Assembly: GCA_964247135.1 (NCBI GenBank)
Contig: CAXTTL010000063.1
Coordinates: 1-21,309 of the forward strand
Source of the DNA: an uncultured Deinococcales bacterium
GTDB taxonomy: Bacteria > Deinococcota > Deinococci > Deinococcales > JAAFIG01
Direction: 5' to 3'
DNA length: 21,309 nt
Position 1 is the stretch's first letter. Each line of letters starts with the position of its first letter. Shown here piece after piece: positions 17,770 through 21,309 of this stretch. The position numbers were made by a program, and so were the translations under genes. A model generated the notes under the pieces. The model saw nothing but the letters and a program-made list of their open reading frames with translations, ran no database searches and was not told where the DNA came from.

Positions 17770-18540
17770 TTATTCAACCATGCTAGGGATTCTGTAGACC
17801 AACCTCGAGTTCGCCTCGGTGATCCGTTCCATCTCTTCAAATTCCAAACCCCGAATTTCGGCGAGTTTTTGAAGTGTAAAGCGCACATAAGCTGGCGTGT
17901 TGCGTTTACCTCGAAATGGCATTGGCGCAAGGTAGGGCGCGTCTGTTTCGACCAGCAAGCGCTCGAGCGGCACGGTGGCGGCGGCATCACGAATGGGTTG
18001 CGCATTTTTATAGGTTAAATTTCCGGCGAAACTGACGTGAAAACCCAGCTCAAGCCCAGTCTCGAGCAGTTCGGGGTCGCCCGCAAAACAATGCAGGATG
18101 CCCTTGTTCCAGCCTGCGTTCCTCAGTTCGCTAGCGCAATCAGCAAACGCCCCTCGAGCACCATCCTTGTCTCGCGTGTGAATCACAATCGGTTTATCCA
18201 GCCTTCTGGCACACTCGAGCTGCCAATTTAAGCTTTCCAGTTGCAGGTTTTTTGGGGCGGCATCCCAGTAATAATCGATGCCAGACTCGCCAATCCCCAC
18301 CACTTTAGACTCGAGCATCAAAGCTTCAAGGTCGGTCTTAACGTCTGGACTGTACAAATTTGCGTCACAGGGGTGCAATCCCACCGTGACAAAAACATGC
18401 TCGAGTTGACGGCTCAGTTTGAGTGCTTCCCGTGCATAATCTGGCGTGTGACCGATCACCACCAGCGCGTTCAATCCAGGCGCTCGAGCCGCCTCCAATG
18501 GGTTTTCCACCGAATACAAATGGCAATGCGTGTCGATCAT
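17770..18540 (-). CDS. tatD: TatD family metal-dependent DNase
   Basis: MIDTHCHL, VGLHP, IGESGIDY, IHTR, LHCF, LLVETDAPY. Start placed at ATG 18540, 7 nt after a TAGTCT box (18548-18553), not at 18636. Confidence 0.93.
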   Translation of the reverse strand: MIDTHCHLYSVENPLEAARAPGLNALVVIGHTPDYAREALKLSRQLEHVFVTVGLHPCDANLYSPDVKTDLEALMLESKVVGIGESGIDYYWDAAPKNLQLESLNWQLECARRLDKPIVIHTRDKDGARGAFADCASELRNAGWNKGILHCFAGDPELLETGLELGFHVSFAGNLTYKNAQPIRDAAATVPLERLLVETDAPYLAPMPFRGKRNTPAYVRFTLQKLAEIRGLEFEEMERITEANSRLVYRIPSMVE

Positions 18541-18674
18541 CAAGCCCAGACTACCAACTTTTAAGCTTAAAACCCTGCCATGAGTTGCAATTATGAGAGC
18601 CTCGTTCTGCTTTGCTCCATGACTTTTTTGCCGCACTTCACGCTTCTCACCACGTAAAGCGCGATATTCTGCGT

Positions 18675-19244
18675 GTGGCTCGAGTTTCCCTTATCGCTCT
18701 CGGAATCCTAATTCTTGTAGGCTTGGTGCTCAGTTTCTTGCCAAGTTCCGCCAAAACCCCACTCGGCGAGGTGACGCTCGAGAACGTGGACTTGGTGTTG
18801 TACCCCGCCGCCGACCCGAACGCGAAATGGACTTTTAAAGCAGGCGTTGTCAACTACAATCCCGAATCACGCTCGAGCGTGGCGACGGAACTGAGTGAGG
18901 GCAAGCGGTTGGTGAAAGGAAAACTTGATTTGAGTCTTTACACCAAAACCGTGACCATCGACTCGAATGACAATTTGCAAACCCAGCGTGCCACGATCTT
19001 TATTCCCGATGGATGTTATGTTTTAAAGCTCGGAAAAGACGTTGGACAGCAAGTTCAGATCGATCAGAATTCAGGCTATCGCGCCCCATACATCGATCTC
19101 ACCTCGCCCAACCTCAGTTACACCGCCCAGGATTTCAGCGCATCGTTCGACATGACCCAAACCGATGGTCGCAAATTCAAAACTCGAGCCGTTGACGGCA
19201 ACGGTCAATCATGCGAAACAGTAAAGGCAGGTATTCAACAATGA
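18675..19244 (+). CDS. LptC-like membrane-anchored beta-jellyroll protein
   Basis: Single N-terminal TM helix then a beta-rich periplasmic domain (AKWTFKAGVVNYNPE); first gene of an operon with two LptA-like genes. Start uncertain (GTG 18675 after TATTCT, or 18612). Confidence 0.55.
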   Translation: MARVSLIALGILILVGLVLSFLPSSAKTPLGEVTLENVDLVLYPAADPNAKWTFKAGVVNYNPESRSSVATELSEGKRLVKGKLDLSLYTKTVTIDSNDNLQTQRATIFIPDGCYVLKLGKDVGQQVQIDQNSGYRAPYIDLTSPNLSYTAQDFSASFDMTQTDGRKFKTRAVDGNGQSCETVKAGIQQ

Positions 19245-20122
19245 AACGCAATCTTCTCAGCATTGGTTTACTCGTGATATTCGGTGTCGCTTTGGCGGCG
19301 GCAGGCTCGAGGGTGATCGAAATTGAAGGTGGACGTCAACAGGGTGATCTTCGATTCGGACCTTACAAATACACCGAAGGTGTCAAAGCCACCGTGCAAA
19401 AACTGCAAATCGAATCCACCGAAGGGTCACTGACCGCACCGCAAGGACTCGAGATGAGCAAAGCCCAGGGCAAACGCACCGCAGGCTTCAGTGGCGGCGT
19501 AACGGTGACCAGGGGGCGTTTGACCGCCAAAGGACCGACGCTCGAGTACAAAGAAGAAACGGGCTTGGGTGTGCTGGCAGGTCCAACCAACATTGTGCAA
19601 AAACCAGAAAAAGCGGGCGATGACGATGTTTTAATTACAGCCTTGAAAGCCACATTCGATGTTGACACGAACGTCAGCACCTCTGAAGGCAGCGTAAAAT
19701 TGGTGAACGGCAAGCAATCGGCAACCTCGAGCAAAGTGGTGTTCGATGAAGATAAAAACTTGGGTTGTTTGACCGACTCAAAAACCGTGACCTTGATCCG
19801 TGAGCCTAAAAAAGCGGGCGATGTACGTTTGGTGATGACCGTCAAAGAGGCTCGAGTGAACACCGAGAAAAACACTTTGATTGGATTGGGTGGGGTTACA
19901 TTGGTGGCTGGTAAAAACACCACCACGGGCGATTCGTTGTATTTTGATGACGAAAAAAATACAGCTTATGTTATTGGTAAGCCTGCCAAAAACCTCGATA
20001 AAAAGAGTGGCGGCAGCATCACGGGTACGACACTCGTGAACAATACGGCAAAAGAGCAAGTGCAAGTTGGGAAACCGTTTATCATTCCTCTTGATGCCTT
20101 CAAGTGCCCGAGTGACCGATAA
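19241..20122 (+). CDS. LptA/OstA family periplasmic protein with extended jellyroll
   Basis: Signal peptide MKRNLLSIGLLVIFGVALA; ATGA overlap with the upstream stop; three OstA-like units (GGVTVTRG..LEYKEETG, GSVKLVNG..VVFDEDKN, GGVTLVAG..LYFDDEKN). Confidence 0.8.
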   Translation: MKRNLLSIGLLVIFGVALAAAGSRVIEIEGGRQQGDLRFGPYKYTEGVKATVQKLQIESTEGSLTAPQGLEMSKAQGKRTAGFSGGVTVTRGRLTAKGPTLEYKEETGLGVLAGPTNIVQKPEKAGDDDVLITALKATFDVDTNVSTSEGSVKLVNGKQSATSSKVVFDEDKNLGCLTDSKTVTLIREPKKAGDVRLVMTVKEARVNTEKNTLIGLGGVTLVAGKNTTTGDSLYFDDEKNTAYVIGKPAKNLDKKSGGSITGTTLVNNTAKEQVQVGKPFIIPLDAFKCPSDR

Positions 20123-20963
20123 AGCCAAAAGATTGTTGAGCATCCTGCTGACCGTGCTGGTTGGTGGGGTGCTTTTTGCTCAAACCATTGACCCTGAAAA
20201 ACCTGCCAGCGAATTTCCGCCAACGGAAACATTGGTGCGCAAAGACAAAACGATTATTGCCATCAAATACAGTGCAGACGGTGATGGGCTATTTGTGATT
20301 TGTTCGCCCAAAGATGAAGACAAAGAAAAAATAACAAAATTTGTGATTTACGATCTTAAACCGTATTTGGTTCACATCACGATTGATAAAAACATTATTA
20401 AAGCACCGCTTGCGTTTGTCCGCCAGAAAGATGGTGGTGACGGTGAACTTGAGGCTTACAATGGAAACGCAAATTTGCTCGAGGCAGATGATGCGCCGTG
20501 TTTGCCAGAGATCAAACCTGATCCCAAACCAAACACGGTTTTTGTGACCCAGGGCAAAACCAAGTTAACAGGCTCGAGGCTTGATTACAGCCAGGAGACG
20601 GGTCTGGCAGTCATCGCGGGTCCAATTACGTTTGAGCGCCCGCAAGACAGTGGAGACGTGTTGCGCGGCAACAGCGAGAAGATCACGGTCAACGTGGACG
20701 AGGAAAAAACCTTTCTCGAGGGGAAAGTGATTTTGAAATCCAAATGCCGTGAATCGAGCGCTGACCGTGTGGAGTACGACGACAAGAAAAACCGTGCGAT
20801 TCTCGAGGGGAAACCAGCCAGGTCAACGGGTGCGGACGGTTCGCAAGTGATCGGGGAAAGGCTCGAGTACAACCTCGAGACGAACGATGTGATCGTGACC
20901 TCGAGCGATGAAGGCAGCCCTGTGACGGGGACCTTTGACGATGAGGCTGCACCGTGTAAGTGA
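20112..20963 (+). CDS. Second LptA/OstA family protein
   Basis: GTG 20112 overlapping the previous gene; signal-like N-terminus; OstA-like units VTQGKTKLTGSRLDYSQETG, SADRVEYDDKKNRAILEG, GERLEYNLETN. Confidence 0.75.
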   Translation: MTDKAKRLLSILLTVLVGGVLFAQTIDPEKPASEFPPTETLVRKDKTIIAIKYSADGDGLFVICSPKDEDKEKITKFVIYDLKPYLVHITIDKNIIKAPLAFVRQKDGGDGELEAYNGNANLLEADDAPCLPEIKPDPKPNTVFVTQGKTKLTGSRLDYSQETGLAVIAGPITFERPQDSGDVLRGNSEKITVNVDEEKTFLEGKVILKSKCRESSADRVEYDDKKNRAILEGKPARSTGADGSQVIGERLEYNLETNDVIVTSSDEGSPVTGTFDDEAAPCK

Positions 20964-20986
20964 TTTTGAAAATCTTGAAGGTTGAG

Positions 20987-21018
20987 ACTCGAGGAGCCAT
21001 TCTCGGGTTTTTATTTTT
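20987..21018 (+). terminator. Intrinsic terminator of the lpt-like operon
   Basis: Stem ACTCGAGGA / TTCTCGGGT (9 bp with two G-U pairs), loop GCCA, then TTTTATTTTT. Confidence 0.65.
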
Positions 21019-21066
21019 GGTTCGATGGTAAGTCTTAAACTTTGTCTGGCAATAATTCAAAATCTA

Positions 21067-21096
21067 TTGACAAATACTTGTAAAATAATGTAGATT
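21067..21096 (+). promoter_or_regulatory. Putative sigma70 promoter
   Basis: TTGACA (21067-21072), 18 nt, TAGATT (21091-21096) in an AT-rich intergenic region upstream of an RBS and ATG. Confidence 0.55.
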
Positions 21097-21153
21097 ATTG
21101 TTAGTTAAAATCCAAAATGTGCCAGCAGCTTCAGGTTGCGGAAAGGAACGATC

Positions 21154-21309
21154 ATGAATGCCGAAAGAACCCGCGTGCTCGAGTTGGTCAAAAGTGGAGT
21201 CCTCAGCATCGAACAAGCCGATGAGTTGATCGATGCACTACAAACAGCGAATCAACCAGAGATGCGACCGTCAAAGCACGAAGAATCTCGGATGCCTCAA
21301 CCGCCGCGG
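21154..21309 (+). CDS. Partial gene with N-terminal SHOCT-like (YvlB/LiaX N-terminal type) domain
   Basis: AAAGGA RBS, then MNAERTRVLELVKSGVLSIEQADELIDALQ..., open to the window end. Not in the supplied ORF track. Confidence 0.7.
   Translation, partial: MNAERTRVLELVKSGVLSIEQADELIDALQTANQPEMRPSKHEESRMPQPPR

Larger units (their letters stand above)
97..21183. repeat. Dispersed highly iterated palindrome CTCGAG (XhoI/PaeR7I site), about 140 copies
   Basis: Hand count of about 142 exact copies from 97-102 to 21178-21183 (e.g. 567, 965, 1032, 1169, 1338, 1353, 14116, 14137, 14153, 20862, 20874, 20900). About 5 expected at equal base frequencies. Confidence 0.97.

Noticed and set aside
17770-18540. 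TatD as the nuclease of a defence or CTCGAG-processing system
   Set aside because: It is an ordinary housekeeping-type TatD with no adjacent methyltransferase, ATPase or defence genes.
18541-18674. Overlapping divergent N-terminal extensions of tatD (to 18636) and the LptC-like ORF (from 18612)
   Set aside because: TatD homology starts at MIDTHCH (18540) with a -10 box 7 nt upstream. The interval is better read as a divergent promoter region.
97-21183. CTCGAG excess as a cloning or assembly artefact (ligated XhoI fragments)
   Set aside because: Long conserved ORFs (hisD, fni, anmK, tatD, MMPL) read through many sites in frame with intact motifs, so the sites are not junctions.
97-21183. CRISPR array or tandem repeat built on the recurring motif
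   Set aside because: The repeat is only 6-8 bp, irregularly spaced and mostly inside genes. No 23-47 bp repeats with spacers and no cas genes.

Overview
Gene-dense bacterial chromosomal segment, most likely from a Deinococcota member. This is inferred from many TANNNT -10 boxes 6-7 nt before start codons (leaderless mRNAs), a type 2 IDI, and an lptC/lptA/lptA-type triplet divergent from tatD. Genes in order: exported cupin, hisD with a coupled hypothetical gene, alpha/beta hydrolase, CARDB+vWD(GDPH) lipoprotein, fni, one GT4 and three GT2 glycosyltransferases, MMPL transporter, MsbA-like ABC exporter, anmK, MFS transporter, tatD, three Lpt beta-jellyroll genes, and the start of a SHOCT/LiaX-N-like gene. 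I saw no mobile element, CRISPR array, rRNA or tRNA. The dominant unexplained signal is the palindrome CTCGAG: about 140 copies by hand count (one per ~150 bp, against ~5 expected by chance). It falls in all three reading frames of intact genes and also in promoters and a terminator, like a HIP1-type highly iterated palindrome. Secondary points are a lipoprotein with an RGM/mucin-like GDPH autocleavage site, a possible glycolipid synthesis/export neighbourhood, and an orphan promoter with small ORFs and a hairpin between two convergent genes.
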